In this document: positions 8,955 through 19,736 of the stretch, piece after piece
Numbering within the stretch: the first letter of the stretch is position 1
How the letters are laid out: the number at the start of each line of letters is the position of its first letter
From: a virus
Length of the DNA stretch: 64,000 nt
IMG/VR virus record: IMGVR_UViG_3300035698_012970
Location: 1 to 64,000 of that record
Direction: 5' to 3' (one strand)
Translations under genes and position numbers: made by a program
Notes under the pieces: generated by a model
What the model was told of the DNA's origin: nothing
Databases searched by the model: none
What the model saw: only the letters and a program-made list of their open reading frames with translations

Positions 8955-10550
8955 CTAATATTCAAATGTGGTGTAACCGCCTTGGGTACCGATGAAATTA
9001 ATATGTTGTGCTTTGCCATCATGATGTATAATAACATGACTTTGTAACCATCCACTAGCTCCTTTATTGTAATCAAGTCTTAGTTTGGTTGAAGTACCAA
9101 CTGCTAATGCTCCATCAAATCTGCCCGGTGCATGATAATGGCCAATAACACATTTAGTATTCAATCTTCTAAATTGTAATAATGAACCCCTAGATCCGCT
9201 TGTTCCAATATCTCCGTGGTGTCCTAATTCCCAATCAAGTACTTTAAAACTTGACGATCTATCCAATGTAGTAAATCCTGGGAATTTCTGGTCTATAATA
9301 TAAGGAATGATTCCTTTTGGTGCATCACCTCTTAGTAATGCTGCAGAATATTCAATATATTCAAGTTTGTTTTTAAATTGTTTCTTCCAATCAACTCTTT
9401 TTAACCAGCGATCAATAAAGTCATCGTGGTTACTTCTAACCACTGTCACATTATAGTCTGCTAATTGCTCCAACCATTCGAGCATATTATCAATCTCAAG
9501 TTTTAATGAATTCGAACCGTCAACCTCTCTTTCGTATAATTTGAAAGGGTCTTGTTCCTCGTGATGACTAATAGAATGCCCATTAAAAATATCATGTAAT
9601 ATAACATTCTTTGGCTTTAATTTGGGCATTAAGTCATTGAAAGTTTTATCTAAGATATTCTCATCATGATCACCGACATGAATATCACCAAGTATTATTG
9701 CTGCAATTGAATCATTCTTGGTTACCTCACCATTCTTAACTTGGTAGAATAAATCATTAAAGTTACCATTCTTTGTTGCGGTTACCTGTCTTAGATAGAA
9801 ACGCTCATCATCTTTGATTTCTACTACAACAAAACCTAATGTGTGGTGAAATTCCCCTTTCTTACCGGCTTTAGTATTAGTATAATTAGGTAAAGTACAT
9901 GCTCCAGTTGTAACCATCATTTTTGGATCTCTTCCAGCTAATACCGGAATCATTTCCATTTGAACTTTTGGTGCACCGAATATACATGAATTTTCCCCAC
10001 TAACAGCAGACATACTTGACATTGGTCTAGCAGCAGTTGGTTGTATTTTAATATCAGAAAGTATTGAAACATAATCATGGATGTTATGTCTATTAGCATC
10101 CAGGTACGGGAGAAGTTCATCTTCCCATACTTCTTCATGCTTTTTACCATGCTCAGCTTTTAATGATGTTGGATTTCTATATCTTCCTGCTATAACATGA
10201 ATGTCAGCATCTATAAAATTACCATAAGCTTTTATGTTATTAAAAAACTTGGTATGTACATCAGTGTTACATTGTCCCCAAGTTATTATAAACCTTTTCT
10301 TGGTCTCATCATATTGCTTGAGTTTTGCTTTTTGGAATTGCTCTGGTTCTGGTATTTTGGTTTCAGAGAATCCTAAATCTGCACACCACTTTAAAACAGT
10401 TCTTTCTGATTTCCCTGTATAATCCTTTAATATTGACATCCGATCATCCCAAGTCATATCCGTATCTTTATAGGTTTCGTAGATATAATCTTTTTGTTCT
10501 TCTGTTAGTTTTTTGAATCTTAACTTATCTTTCATAAATGGAAATTTCAT
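8955..10550 (-). CDS. Calcineurin-like metallophosphoesterase with N-terminal HTH-like region
   Basis: LGDIH, HDIFNG, SNHD, HHGD, GHYH metal motifs; N-terminal GKSERTVLKW helix. Confidence 0.75.
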   Translation of the reverse strand: MKFPFMKDKLRFKKLTEEQKDYIYETYKDTDMTWDDRMSILKDYTGKSERTVLKWCADLGFSETKIPEPEQFQKAKLKQYDETKKRFIITWGQCNTDVHTKFFNNIKAYGNFIDADIHVIAGRYRNPTSLKAEHGKKHEEVWEDELLPYLDANRHNIHDYVSILSDIKIQPTAARPMSSMSAVSGENSCIFGAPKVQMEMIPVLAGRDPKMMVTTGACTLPNYTNTKAGKKGEFHHTLGFVVVEIKDDERFYLRQVTATKNGNFNDLFYQVKNGEVTKNDSIAAIILGDIHVGDHDENILDKTFNDLMPKLKPKNVILHDIFNGHSISHHEEQDPFKLYEREVDGSNSLKLEIDNMLEWLEQLADYNVTVVRSNHDDFIDRWLKRVDWKKQFKNKLEYIEYSAALLRGDAPKGIIPYIIDQKFPGFTTLDRSSSFKVLDWELGHHGDIGTSGSRGSLLQFRRLNTKCVIGHYHAPGRFDGALAVGTSTKLRLDYNKGASGWLQSHVIIHHDGKAQHINFIGTQGGYTTFEY

Positions 10551-10568
10551 TTTAAACTATATTGGTAA

Positions 10569-10856
10569 TTAATCGGAGGTTTCTTCCTTATTGTCCAAGG
10601 AATCTATTACATTAACAAGTACTGCATTCTCTAACTTTTCAAAATAGTCATTAACATAACTACATTTTTCATACTCTTCTGTGGATTCGTAATAATCAAG
10701 TAATGATTTTTTTATTACCTCTCGTTTGCCTATAAGCTTTTTGTTCATAACAGCCTTTAGTCCAAGGGTTTCCAGTCTACGAATAGCATTTTCATAGATT
10801 TCTCTTTCTAGTGGTTTTTCCCCCTCAGTTTGCATTGTTGTTCCTTCTTGTTCCAT
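10569..10856 (-). CDS. Hypothetical protein with UVR-like EEYEKC motif
   Basis: EEYEKC; a similar ERYETC motif occurs in 11059..11361. Confidence 0.65.
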   Translation of the reverse strand: MEQEGTTMQTEGEKPLEREIYENAIRRLETLGLKAVMNKKLIGKREVIKKSLLDYYESTEEYEKCSYVNDYFEKLENAVLVNVIDSLDNKEETSD

Positions 10857-10858
10857 TT

Positions 10859-11086
10859 TTAGAATATAAAAGAAAATGCTGTTATAGGCAATTGGAAAGG
10901 TGCACTGTTTTCACTTGGTGCGTTATATTCAACTGCCAGTAAAATATTACCTTCTATATCTGCATAAGCATTTCTAACCTTTACGGTTTTATTCGTTGCA
11001 TTTTCTCTTAATATATCTCCGCTAGTAACTTCTATATTATTGATTCTACCAGCTCGAATTAATCTGTATTTATCTCCGTGTGCCAT
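10859..11086 (-). CDS. Hypothetical protein
   Basis: Tiles array. Confidence 0.65.
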   Translation of the reverse strand: MAHGDKYRLIRAGRINNIEVTSGDILRENATNKTVKVRNAYADIEGNILLAVEYNAPSENSAPFQLPITAFSFIF

Positions 11087-11361
11087 TCTTTTAGTTTTTC
11101 TATTAAAGCTTTAATTTCGATACAAGTTTCGTATCTTTCTAGATTTTCTGAAAATTTAAGGAAGTTATTAAGGAAAACAAGATAATCTTTTTCCTGTATG
11201 ATCACAGAATACCCTTCATCTGATTCATCAGATGTAAATATTACACTAAATGGATATCTGTTATTTATTGCTGCTGTAACCTTTTTGTATATAAGATCCC
11301 AAAAACCTTTTTTTCCCTCTTGTGACATTTCAACATGAGGAATATTTTCATGTTCTTCCAT
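11059..11361 (-). CDS. Hypothetical protein with UVR-like ERYETC motif
   Basis: C-terminal helical motif. Confidence 0.65.
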   Translation of the reverse strand: MEEHENIPHVEMSQEGKKGFWDLIYKKVTAAINNRYPFSVIFTSDESDEGYSVIIQEKDYLVFLNNFLKFSENLERYETCIEIKALIEKLKEWHTEINTD

Positions 11362-11417
11362 ATTTTCTCCGTAGTTGTTATATGGTATATAACGAGAAAA
11401 CTTTCGAATATTAAAAG

Positions 11418-11660
11418 TTATTTAGATTGTAATTTGTTAGCTTCCTTTCTGAAATCATCATACTGTATGATTTTACCCACAGTTTGTTGATCTAAACCTA
11501 ATGAACCTTCTTCAGTTCCCCAAGGTCTTTCATCATACCATTTGATAAAATTATCGATTGTTGTATATTTCTTATTTGGTTGCTTAGCTTCCATGTTTGT
11601 TTCTGTTCCGTTGCTCATAATTATAAATTGTTTATGTATATATCGATTAAGCTTCCCCAA
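11418..11660 (-). CDS. Hypothetical protein
   Basis: Tiles array. Confidence 0.6.
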   Translation of the reverse strand: MGKLNRYIHKQFIIMSNGTETNMEAKQPNKKYTTIDNFIKWYDERPWGTEEGSLGLDQQTVGKIIQYDDFRKEANKLQSK

Positions 11661-11967
11661 AAAATAGAAATTTTAGTAGGAAACCAGCTGCTAACACTCC
11701 AAGAGTTGCTATCGTTGACCATGCTACAGATCTACCTTTGATTCTATCTTCCAGTAACTTCAGGTCACCTTTAAATGTTGTATTTATAACTGCTAACTTT
11801 TGTGCAATCTGAGCAACCTCATCCTTTAAATCTGATTTAGCATCATCAAGTTTATCATCAATTTTCTCAAGTCTGGTATCAAGTTTATCAACTTGTTTAA
11901 TTAACTCTCCTAATAATACCTTTAATGTTACGTAACCATTGCTATTATCTTCATTAATCTTTGACAT
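11647..11967 (-). CDS. Coiled-coil protein with C-terminal TM anchor
   Basis: Heptad DKLDTRLEKIDDKLDD followed by a hydrophobic tail. Confidence 0.7.
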   Translation of the reverse strand: MSKINEDNSNGYVTLKVLLGELIKQVDKLDTRLEKIDDKLDDAKSDLKDEVAQIAQKLAVINTTFKGDLKLLEDRIKGRSVAWSTIATLGVLAAGFLLKFLFFGEA

Positions 11968-12352
11968 CTGACCAATACTTATTTGCTGGGATTGTGATTG
12001 CTATTAATTTGCAGCCATCATCTGTCTTCACAAAATGTGGTGTATTAGGAGAAATTTCTACAACTTCTCCTGCACTGTATTTATGTATTACATCTTTGAT
12101 TGTTACTGTGATTGTGCCTTCATAGACTATGAAGATTTCTTTTTCATCATGATAATGAATTTCTACTTCGGTAAGTGGGGTTAATTCTGAATCGAGGATA
12201 CAGATTTCTTTAATTCTCATAATGCTTCTTACCTTACTTTCACCATTTACTACTTTTACACTAGCCCATTCCTCAGGACCAAAATTAAAAACCAAGTGAT
12301 CAGGTATTTGCTCTATCATTTCATAGAGTACATTAATTTCCTTTTTATCCAT
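11954..12352 (-). CDS. Cupin domain protein
   Basis: HYHDEKEIFIVYEG and GEVVEISPNTPH cupin motifs. Confidence 0.85.
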   Translation of the reverse strand: MDKKEINVLYEMIEQIPDHLVFNFGPEEWASVKVVNGESKVRSIMRIKEICILDSELTPLTEVEIHYHDEKEIFIVYEGTITVTIKDVIHKYSAGEVVEISPNTPHFVKTDDGCKLIAITIPANKYWSDVKD

Positions 12353-12459
12353 ATAATTCTTTATTTTGCAAATCCCCCAATCTTCAAAATAACCATCTTA
12401 TATATCGTGAGTATATAAGAGATCTTGTGGTTTTTGAAACTTTTAAAGAAATCTATACT

Positions 12460-12663
12460 TTAGTCGATGATTTCAACTAAAGTATCTGTGACCATTATAA
12501 AATGATCTATAGAATTTATTGGAGTTTTTATTATAAAATTTCCATAGAACTCATCATCTTTACTAAATTCAGAATGTACTATTTCCGAATTATGCATCTT
12601 TATCAAGTAACATACTTGGATATGAGCTCTTGGTGAATATGTAGTAACTATAATCTCGTTCAA
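12460..12663 (-). CDS. Hypothetical protein
   Basis: Tiles array, TTG start. Confidence 0.5.
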   Translation of the reverse strand: MNEIIVTTYSPRAHIQVCYLIKMHNSEIVHSEFSKDDEFYGNFIIKTPINSIDHFIMVTDTLVEIID

Positions 12664-12664
12664 T

Positions 12665-12931
12665 TTACATCAATATAGCATTAGTTGGAACGTCTATATC
12701 CATAATAAAATATTCATCGGTATCTATATTATGAACTAGAACCTCATCTTCCTTAACTGTTCCTAATAATTTATGTTTTTCGCCATTAAGGTCAAATTCT
12801 GCTCCTAAATGTTCCTCTGTTAATTTAGATCTTGTTATCCATTTTCTTTGATTTCTTACAAAATTCTTTTCGTAATATTCAATTAGATTTTGAGTAGGTT
12901 CTTTGATTCTTTTAGCAGGTTTCCTTATCAT
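12665..12931 (-). CDS. Hypothetical protein
   Basis: Tiles array. Confidence 0.7.
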   Translation of the reverse strand: MIRKPAKRIKEPTQNLIEYYEKNFVRNQRKWITRSKLTEEHLGAEFDLNGEKHKLLGTVKEDEVLVHNIDTDEYFIMDIDVPTNAILM

Positions 12932-13006
12932 ATTTTTATTTGTTATAATCTTTACGCTAATATAATCATTTTGTTTCTATTACCTACTATTAAAAGCTGT
13001 TTAATT

Positions 13007-13822
13007 TTATTTAATTCTGATCCAATCTTTTGGAAATATATCAACAATCTCAGATTTAGGGTTTTTAATCCAGTTATCAGGATAATAAACAGCCTTTTTA
13101 GATTTAGATATGTATGCTGCCCACCATGCAAATGTACTATTTGGTATTATAAAATATTTACAGTTAGACATCAATTGTAAATAATTTGAAAATTTATAAC
13201 CTTTATATGAGTGATCAACAATATATCCAAGATCTCCTATATTTTCCCTACACCAATCTATATCATCAGAAAAAATAAAGCATTTAGTGTTGATGTCAGC
13301 TAATCTAGACAACCCCTTTTCTATATAATCTCTGCCGATAAGACCTAAGTATTCATTATCTATAAAATCAGCTCTCCTAATATTTAACATAACTGATTCA
13401 GAATCTCTTATATCGTTTAGTAGTTTATTATCCTTAACTTTGTCTTTGAAATCAAAATCTATTGTGTTGAAATATTTTGGTGAAGCCCAATAACCTTCTA
13501 TTCGTAGATTCTTAGCTTTGCTGGTGATTGTTTTTGTTAATAGAAAGTTATTTACCCTATGTACATCATCCCAAGGTTCTACTATAACTTCAGCAGGTTC
13601 GCTGAAACCATTAACTATCTCGACGTTTGTTAGATTGAATATATCCAAATCATAATTTCTGTATATAAAGTTTTCTTCTCTATCTCTTCTTTCTAATTGG
13701 AATGTATCCAATATTAGCTTCCTATTAGTCAAATTTGATATATGTCTACCAAATGCATATTGAAACATTTGATTTCCTAGTCCACCAAAAAGGGTAACTA
13801 TTATTTTATTGTTTTGTTCCAT
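13007..13822 (-). CDS. Alpha-1,2-fucosyltransferase-like (GT11)
   Basis: [45 protein letters not shown]. Confidence 0.9.
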   Translation of the reverse strand: MEQNNKIIVTLFGGLGNQMFQYAFGRHISNLTNRKLILDTFQLERRDREENFIYRNYDLDIFNLTNVEIVNGFSEPAEVIVEPWDDVHRVNNFLLTKTITSKAKNLRIEGYWASPKYFNTIDFDFKDKVKDNKLLNDIRDSESVMLNIRRADFIDNEYLGLIGRDYIEKGLSRLADINTKCFIFSDDIDWCRENIGDLGYIVDHSYKGYKFSNYLQLMSNCKYFIIPNSTFAWWAAYISKSKKAVYYPDNWIKNPKSEIVDIFPKDWIRIK

Positions 13823-14871
13823 ACAGATAATTCATGTTCAGTTATTTCCTTTATTATATCATCTATATTATATGTGTATTCCCAATCTGGATAATCTTTT
13901 TGAAATTTAGAAACATCACTGATGTACCAAATATGATCACCAATCCTATTATCATCAGATATTGAATATTTCATTTTACGTCCAGATATTTTATCTAGTT
14001 TTTCTATAGCCTCAAGCATAGATATGTTGGAATGTCTAGATCCTCCTATATTATAAACCTCTCCGGCTTTTGGGTTTAGAAAGAATTTATGAAACGCAGA
14101 TATTAAATCATAGCTGTGTATATTATCTCTTACTTGTTTTCCCTTATAACCAAATATTGTATATGGTTTTTCTTGTACATGACATTTGATTAAATAAGAT
14201 ATGAATCCATGTGCCTCAGCACCATTATGAGAAGGTCCGGTTAAACAACCACCTCTGAATATACCAGTTTTCATACCAAAATATCTACCATATTCCTGTA
14301 CTAATACATCTGCTGCTACCTTAGAAGCTCCGAATAAAGAATGTTTGGTTTGATCTATTGACATAGATTCATCAATACCTATAAAGTATTTATGCTCACT
14401 GTCAATTTCCCACCTTTTGTCTAATTCTATCAAAGGAAGACGATTTGGTGTATCTCCATAAACTTTATTTGTTGAAGTAAAAATAAATGTTGCATCTGGA
14501 CAGAATTGTCTAGTACATTCTAATACATTTAATGTCCCATTTGCATTAACACTAAAATCAGTTAATGGTTCTTTAGCTGCCCAATCATGAGATGGTTGAG
14601 CAGCAGTATGTATAACTAATTTAATATCACTATTATATTTACTGAATACTTTGAGTACATCAAAATAATCTCTGATATCAATTGGGTTGTGTTGATATGA
14701 ATCTCCTAGTTCTTTCTCGAGTTTTATTTTCTGTGAATTCGTCGATGAACCAAAGAAATAGTTTCTCATATCATTATCTATACCTATTATGTTATACCCC
14801 AATTTACCAAAATAAGTACATGCCTCACTACCGATCAGACCACATGAGCCTGTTACTAAAATGTATTCCAT
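13801..14871 (-). CDS. NAD-dependent NDP-sugar epimerase (CDP-paratose 2-epimerase/RfbE-like)
   Basis: [40 protein letters not shown]. Confidence 0.9.
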   Translation of the reverse strand: MEYILVTGSCGLIGSEACTYFGKLGYNIIGIDNDMRNYFFGSSTNSQKIKLEKELGDSYQHNPIDIRDYFDVLKVFSKYNSDIKLVIHTAAQPSHDWAAKEPLTDFSVNANGTLNVLECTRQFCPDATFIFTSTNKVYGDTPNRLPLIELDKRWEIDSEHKYFIGIDESMSIDQTKHSLFGASKVAADVLVQEYGRYFGMKTGIFRGGCLTGPSHNGAEAHGFISYLIKCHVQEKPYTIFGYKGKQVRDNIHSYDLISAFHKFFLNPKAGEVYNIGGSRHSNISMLEAIEKLDKISGRKMKYSISDDNRIGDHIWYISDVSKFQKDYPDWEYTYNIDDIIKEITEHELSVWNKTIK

Positions 14872-14872
14872 A

Positions 14873-15736
14873 TTATTCTTTAATTGCGTATGTATTATAA
14901 CCTAATCCAATAAACACATTAAACCCGAGATTATTTAATCTATCTTTAAGAGAGGTTTTATCATCATCAATTAAATGTATATGTTCCCAGATTATGAATT
15001 GGATTTTTTCTAGTTCATGGTCTGGAATTAAATCTATTATTTTCTTATCGTACCCCTCAGCATCTATATGCAACCAATCTACAGGATGATTTTCAAAGAT
15101 ATAATCAGGTTTAATACTAACAACAGTTTCTTTATATGATGTTTTATGGTTCTTTAATAGGTTTGATTCCATTAAAGATGATGACTCTGAGTTACCATCC
15201 ATATCGGTAAAAAAATCTACAGGCCCTTCAGTTTCACTAACAACACATTTTTTAAATGAAATGTTATTGTCATTCTGATAATTACTTACTAGTTTATTGA
15301 ATGGTAATATATTAGGTTCTATTATAAATAACTTACCAATTAATGTGTTTTTGTATGCTTCGACCCATTCTCCGCTGTTTCCATCATGACTTCCAATAAC
15401 AACACCATCAGGATTTCTACCAAATATATGATGAAATTCCTTACACCACTTTAAGAATTCTATTTCACAAATATCAGATTTAGAATTGAACTTCCAAATC
15501 TTATTGAATATGACATCACCCATATTATCAATGATCCTTATATCCATATTTCTGGAATAGTTAAATCTACACCACATATCAGAATTAAAAAATTTAGTAC
15601 TCCATGATGTAACCCCATTATATAAAAAATAAACAGTTATTGGGTAGTTGAGTGAAGAATTGCTACATTCCACAGTAACTTGTAGGAGGTTATTATCTAT
15701 ATCCTGGTAATGTACTTTAATGCCATTTATTTCCAT
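14873..15736 (-). CDS. FkbM-family methyltransferase
   Basis: [26 protein letters not shown]. Confidence 0.8.
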   Translation of the reverse strand: MEINGIKVHYQDIDNNLLQVTVECSNSSLNYPITVYFLYNGVTSWSTKFFNSDMWCRFNYSRNMDIRIIDNMGDVIFNKIWKFNSKSDICEIEFLKWCKEFHHIFGRNPDGVVIGSHDGNSGEWVEAYKNTLIGKLFIIEPNILPFNKLVSNYQNDNNISFKKCVVSETEGPVDFFTDMDGNSESSSLMESNLLKNHKTSYKETVVSIKPDYIFENHPVDWLHIDAEGYDKKIIDLIPDHELEKIQFIIWEHIHLIDDDKTSLKDRLNNLGFNVFIGLGYNTYAIKE

Positions 15737-16516
15737 CTAGATATTTGTTTGTTTTAGCATACCCTTTTCTTTATTGAAACAATGCAAAGAAGTTATATGC
15801 ATTGTGTAATACCCAGGAGTAACATTATTCCATGTATCTGGATCTTTCTCTCTTAGTCTATCTAAAAGCCAGAATACTTTTCTGCATGCCATATAGATGT
15901 CGTCTCTCAAATGTCTGATAAGATCACAAGATCTGATATAATATACTATATGTAAATTATCACCTCTCCTCATAAAATGATACCCAATTGTGCAAGGTAC
16001 TCTTTCTTTATGAACTGCTCCAGTATCTTCAGGGAACCAGATTGGTAGGAATGCTTGTCGAGTAAATGGTTCTCTTTCTAGCTGATCAACAACATCATTG
16101 AAATCACCATATTCGAACCTAACACCCCTAAGTTTTAATGTTCTTTTACCGTTATGTGATTGCTTTGGCCAAATTCTCTCTGGGTAAGTATGTGAGAATT
16201 CTTGTAATCCACCAAATTCTTTATTATCTTTTTGTGCATATGGCCAATTAATATGAGATGGTGGTGGGTTATATCCAATCCCGCTAACCCTCTCATCAAA
16301 ATGTTCATCAGCCCATGGTAAGTTTGGTCTTATTTCTTTCTTAAGTTCCTCGATAGTTTTAGGTATAAACATTTGAAATGAGTGGTTCATTTTTTCCCAC
16401 ATATCATCAGGTGCAGGAATACCTTGCCATTTCTCAGTTTTAACTAAACATCCATAGTCATAAAGAACATCTTTTGACCATTCCATTACATCTGATGGTT
16501 TATAACAAATTTTCAT
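15737..16516 (-). CDS. Thymidylate-synthase-family enzyme, putative dCMP (hydroxy)methylase
   Basis: VPCT catalytic Cys; RSCDLIRHLRDDIY places Asp at the ThyA Asn177-equivalent site; SLH motif as in T4 gp42. Confidence 0.75.
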   Translation of the reverse strand: MKICYKPSDVMEWSKDVLYDYGCLVKTEKWQGIPAPDDMWEKMNHSFQMFIPKTIEELKKEIRPNLPWADEHFDERVSGIGYNPPPSHINWPYAQKDNKEFGGLQEFSHTYPERIWPKQSHNGKRTLKLRGVRFEYGDFNDVVDQLEREPFTRQAFLPIWFPEDTGAVHKERVPCTIGYHFMRRGDNLHIVYYIRSCDLIRHLRDDIYMACRKVFWLLDRLREKDPDTWNNVTPGYYTMHITSLHCFNKEKGMLKQTNI

Positions 16517-17037
16517 TAGAATTTAATTTTTAGCCCCTTTCCTTGTAATGCAACCAATGCTTCCGCATTACCCTTTGCATCATTTACTGGATGATGATCA
16601 TGTGTAGTCTTTCTGTATTTCTTTTTCCATTCCCAGTTTTTAGAAGCATCCTTAACGAATCCACAATAAAGATCTCCGATTCTCCTAGCAGAAAACCCAA
16701 ATGGATTTCTACCCAGATACTTATGGAAATAGTAGTTAATCCACTGCCAATCGAATGCAGGATTATCACTAATAAAAATTGCTCTATCGTGTGTTACTGA
16801 TTCAATCCAGATAGCAAAATTTTTCATAACTAATTCTGGTGAATTGAATGTTTCATGTTTTTCCCTTGAAATACCACTAATTGCTAAAGCTTCTTCATCC
16901 CATTCATCAGTAATAGGTTTTACTTCACCATAAAAGGTTTTACTCGTATCTCCAACAACTACTGCCCCGAAAGATACCATACTTCTGTTTGCGGGACTTG
17001 GTCCATCACTTTCTACGTCTACTACTATATAAGTCAT
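16516..17037 (-). CDS. DEDDh 3'-5' exonuclease
   Basis: VDVESDG, NPAFDW, HHPVNDA. Confidence 0.85.
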   Translation of the reverse strand: MTYIVVDVESDGPSPANRSMVSFGAVVVGDTSKTFYGEVKPITDEWDEEALAISGISREKHETFNSPELVMKNFAIWIESVTHDRAIFISDNPAFDWQWINYYFHKYLGRNPFGFSARRIGDLYCGFVKDASKNWEWKKKYRKTTHDHHPVNDAKGNAEALVALQGKGLKIKF

Positions 17038-17285
17038 TATTGTAATTTTAATCTGTATTCATTTTCAATCCAAGACATTTCTTTTTCTGCTTCTTCTTTG
17101 GAAAGTCCCATTTCAGTTGAAACTAGATTAACCCCATATTCTAACCATTCCTGGTATTTTGATTTAGGCATTGATCTGGTCATATGCCAATGTGGGTTTC
17201 TAATTGCTTTTTTCTCGTCTAGTTCAATAAAAGATCTATGTCTCTCTTTTAAAAGATTCATCACAACTGCTTTTTTTGAATTCAT
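17037..17285 (-). CDS. Hypothetical protein
   Basis: Tiles array. Confidence 0.7.
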   Translation of the reverse strand: MNSKKAVVMNLLKERHRSFIELDEKKAIRNPHWHMTRSMPKSKYQEWLEYGVNLVSTEMGLSKEEAEKEMSWIENEYRLKLQ

Positions 17286-17300
17286 TATATTTTAATTAAG

Positions 17301-17729
17301 TTAATTGTTTAATATAGAATTTAAAAATTCATTATATCTAGGTAGTATTCTAACTGAAGCTTCTTCATAATCCATAAATTTAGCATCATCCACTTCATTC
17401 AATTGTAGCATAATCTTGGGTAAGGTTTCGGATTCTAATCCAAGATCCAATAGTGAATTAATTCGGTACTCAAAAATATAAACTTCTTTATATTTTCTTT
17501 TACCCTTTGTGTATGGAATAATGTACATATTACTTAAATCTTTTGTATTAATATCTATGCCAACCTCTTCTAAAGTCTCTCTACATGCAGCTTCCTCTAT
17601 ACTTTCTCCTTTCTCAATCTTACCTTTTGGAGGCATGTAACTTCCAAACCATTTTGATCTAGGTGAATGACAAAGTAGAATTTTTTTACTCCATATTATT
17701 ACTATCCCTGCGGATCTTTCAATACCCAT
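17301..17729 (-). CDS. NUDIX hydrolase
   Basis: GKIEKGESIEEAACRETLEEVG Nudix box. Confidence 0.9.
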   Translation of the reverse strand: MGIERSAGIVIIWSKKILLCHSPRSKWFGSYMPPKGKIEKGESIEEAACRETLEEVGIDINTKDLSNMYIIPYTKGKRKYKEVYIFEYRINSLLDLGLESETLPKIMLQLNEVDDAKFMDYEEASVRILPRYNEFLNSILNN

Positions 17730-18025
17730 TATACAGTATGTTTTTGAGCAAAACTAATTACCATATCTTCAATTTCCTTTGGTAATGTATGTCGATATTC
17801 CATTAGCTTAAGACAAGCTTTCTGAAATTTTGTATCTTTGGCAGTTTCGGGACATGGAATATTAGATTGTGTTCGAACTTCATTGATTATAAGATCCTCA
17901 TCTATATAAGATAATATATCCGTTTGCTCATTTCTGCTACAGTGGTCGAGGTACTCACAAACATCATTAAAGTCTAAAGTGACCTCTACATCTACATCAA
18001 TATTTTTGGTAATTGTTATGCTCAT
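17729..18025 (-). CDS. Hypothetical protein
   Basis: Tiles array. Confidence 0.65.
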   Translation of the reverse strand: MSITITKNIDVDVEVTLDFNDVCEYLDHCSRNEQTDILSYIDEDLIINEVRTQSNIPCPETAKDTKFQKACLKLMEYRHTLPKEIEDMVISFAQKHTV

Positions 18026-18115
18026 AATGTTTTCTTTTTATATTCTATTGATTTATCTTATCTTAGTTTCTCTAAATTTATACTTTTATCTAGTTTATCC
18101 AATAAAAAATTTACT

Positions 18116-18547
18116 ATGAAGATAAATATAGAAAACAAATATGTTATGTCTAAATATTATCATAAAAATTGGTTCGTTTACCTGATAGTAAATTTCTTTC
18201 AATTTATAGGAAAGATTCTCAATAAATTTACTGGGTGGTTAGAATCATTATTTAGTGACGAAAGAGGAGAAGGTTCATCAAAAAGATTTGTTGGTATCAT
18301 CGCAGGTCTTACGTTATGTGCAGCATTAATTATTAGTCAATTTAAGGGAGTAGGATTTGATCCACCTACTGCTTTAGTAAATGCGGTTGCTGCACTTGCT
18401 TTTGGAGCCTTAGGACTAGCATCTATTGATAAGATATGGTCAAATGGACCAAGGAAAGAAGCTAAAAATAAACCTGTAGTTCCACAAAAACCTGAATCAA
18501 AACCTCCTACTTTTGAGGACGACGATCAGCCTCCTGTGGAGATTTAA
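18116..18547 (+). CDS. Membrane protein, holin-like (start possibly 18146)
   Basis: GSSKRFVG followed by two TM helices and a charged Pro-rich tail; plus strand; GATAAATA at 18121. Confidence 0.6.
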   Translation: MKINIENKYVMSKYYHKNWFVYLIVNFFQFIGKILNKFTGWLESLFSDERGEGSSKRFVGIIAGLTLCAALIISQFKGVGFDPPTALVNAVAALAFGALGLASIDKIWSNGPRKEAKNKPVVPQKPESKPPTFEDDDQPPVEI

Positions 18548-18722
18548 TACCAGTTTCTCTTCCGTACCATTGTTCTCTTTTTTCCAAAATTCGGTCGAAG
18601 TTTTCCAAACATCCTGTTAAATACTCAGCTAATATAAAATCTGGTGTATCACTTCCACCCTCTAAACTATGTTTATTTATTATACCTTCTATTTCATCTC
18701 TAAATTCAATGTATTTACTCAT
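18507..18722 (-). CDS. Hypothetical phage protein
   Basis: INKHSLEGGSDTPDFILAEYL. Confidence 0.7.
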   Translation of the reverse strand: MSKYIEFRDEIEGIINKHSLEGGSDTPDFILAEYLTGCLENFDRILEKREQWYGRETGIKSPQEADRRPQK

Positions 18723-18728
18723 TTTATA

Positions 18729-19064
18729 TTATTTTATTAATTCACCAATTCGTTCCTCGTATACTTCTATTTTTTCTTTAAGGTATTCTATCTTAGCGTC
18801 TAAGAAATGTTTCCATGCATTTCTTTCCTTGTCGTAACCTAAGTTTGGATTAATTTTACCAATATACCTATCCATAGACCTATATACATAAATATAATCT
18901 GCTTCCTTGGATTCTTCTAATTTTTCAATTTCAACATTGGTTTCTTCCATATTCTCATTAAGCTCAATGATCTTAGTTGATTGAATTATTTTTCTCGCTA
19001 AAACCTTTTTATCTTTTATTTTTGTCATAATAAATATTCTAATATTTTTTCTTTTTTCCCGCAC
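18729..19064 (-). CDS. Hypothetical protein
   Basis: Tiles array. Confidence 0.6.
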   Translation of the reverse strand: MREKRKNIRIFIMTKIKDKKVLARKIIQSTKIIELNENMEETNVEIEKLEESKEADYIYVYRSMDRYIGKINPNLGYDKERNAWKHFLDAKIEYLKEKIEVYEERIGELIK

Positions 19065-19591
19065 TGTTTAATACCTTCCATACCTTTTGGTGTATGTACA
19101 AAGTTTCTCAATCCCCAAGTTCTTTCGTCATCATCTCTACCCAATTGCATATCATCAATTGCTACCCATTCAACAATTTCTGTATGATCTTTTAAATATT
19201 GATGTATTTCCATGACTCTTTCTTGTTGAAGCATCCATTGGAAAGACCACGGATAATTACTATAACCATTACAATTTTCACAAAATTTAGTAACTCCAAT
19301 AGGTTTTTTGATAATACCATGTAACTCATAATATTTACCAAGCTCCTCTAGGGTTGCATATGTTCTCCAATCTGAGGATACCACAATCTCAGCACCAGTT
19401 TCCGTTAATATTTCATTAAGCACTTTAATAGCTTTAATATCAAAACTATCAAAACGAACTTCTACCGGTCCAGTATCACTAAAAGTATCTCTTGTGTGTG
19501 TTTTGAAATATTTTCTTTGTTTCTTAAATCTACTTCCAAAATTATTATTCAAGCAAATTACGCCGTCATTGTCTAAAAATATGACTTTCAT
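19025..19591 (-). CDS. HAD-superfamily protein (HAD_SAK_2, RNA-repair-associated type)
   Basis: IFLDNDGV, IVVSSDWR, WVAIDD. Confidence 0.85.
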   Translation of the reverse strand: MKVIFLDNDGVICLNNNFGSRFKKQRKYFKTHTRDTFSDTGPVEVRFDSFDIKAIKVLNEILTETGAEIVVSSDWRTYATLEELGKYYELHGIIKKPIGVTKFCENCNGYSNYPWSFQWMLQQERVMEIHQYLKDHTEIVEWVAIDDMQLGRDDDERTWGLRNFVHTPKGMEGIKQCGKKEKILEYLL

Positions 19592-19736
19592 GTTATTTAT
19601 ATTGATTATCTTTTTAAGTTTTCGCTATTGTCTATAAGTAATCTAGTATTATATAATGATAAAAAAATCAAAAGACAAAAAAATGTCTAACTAGATTCAA
19701 TATATACTCTATACAACGATTAAAAAAAATTAAATT

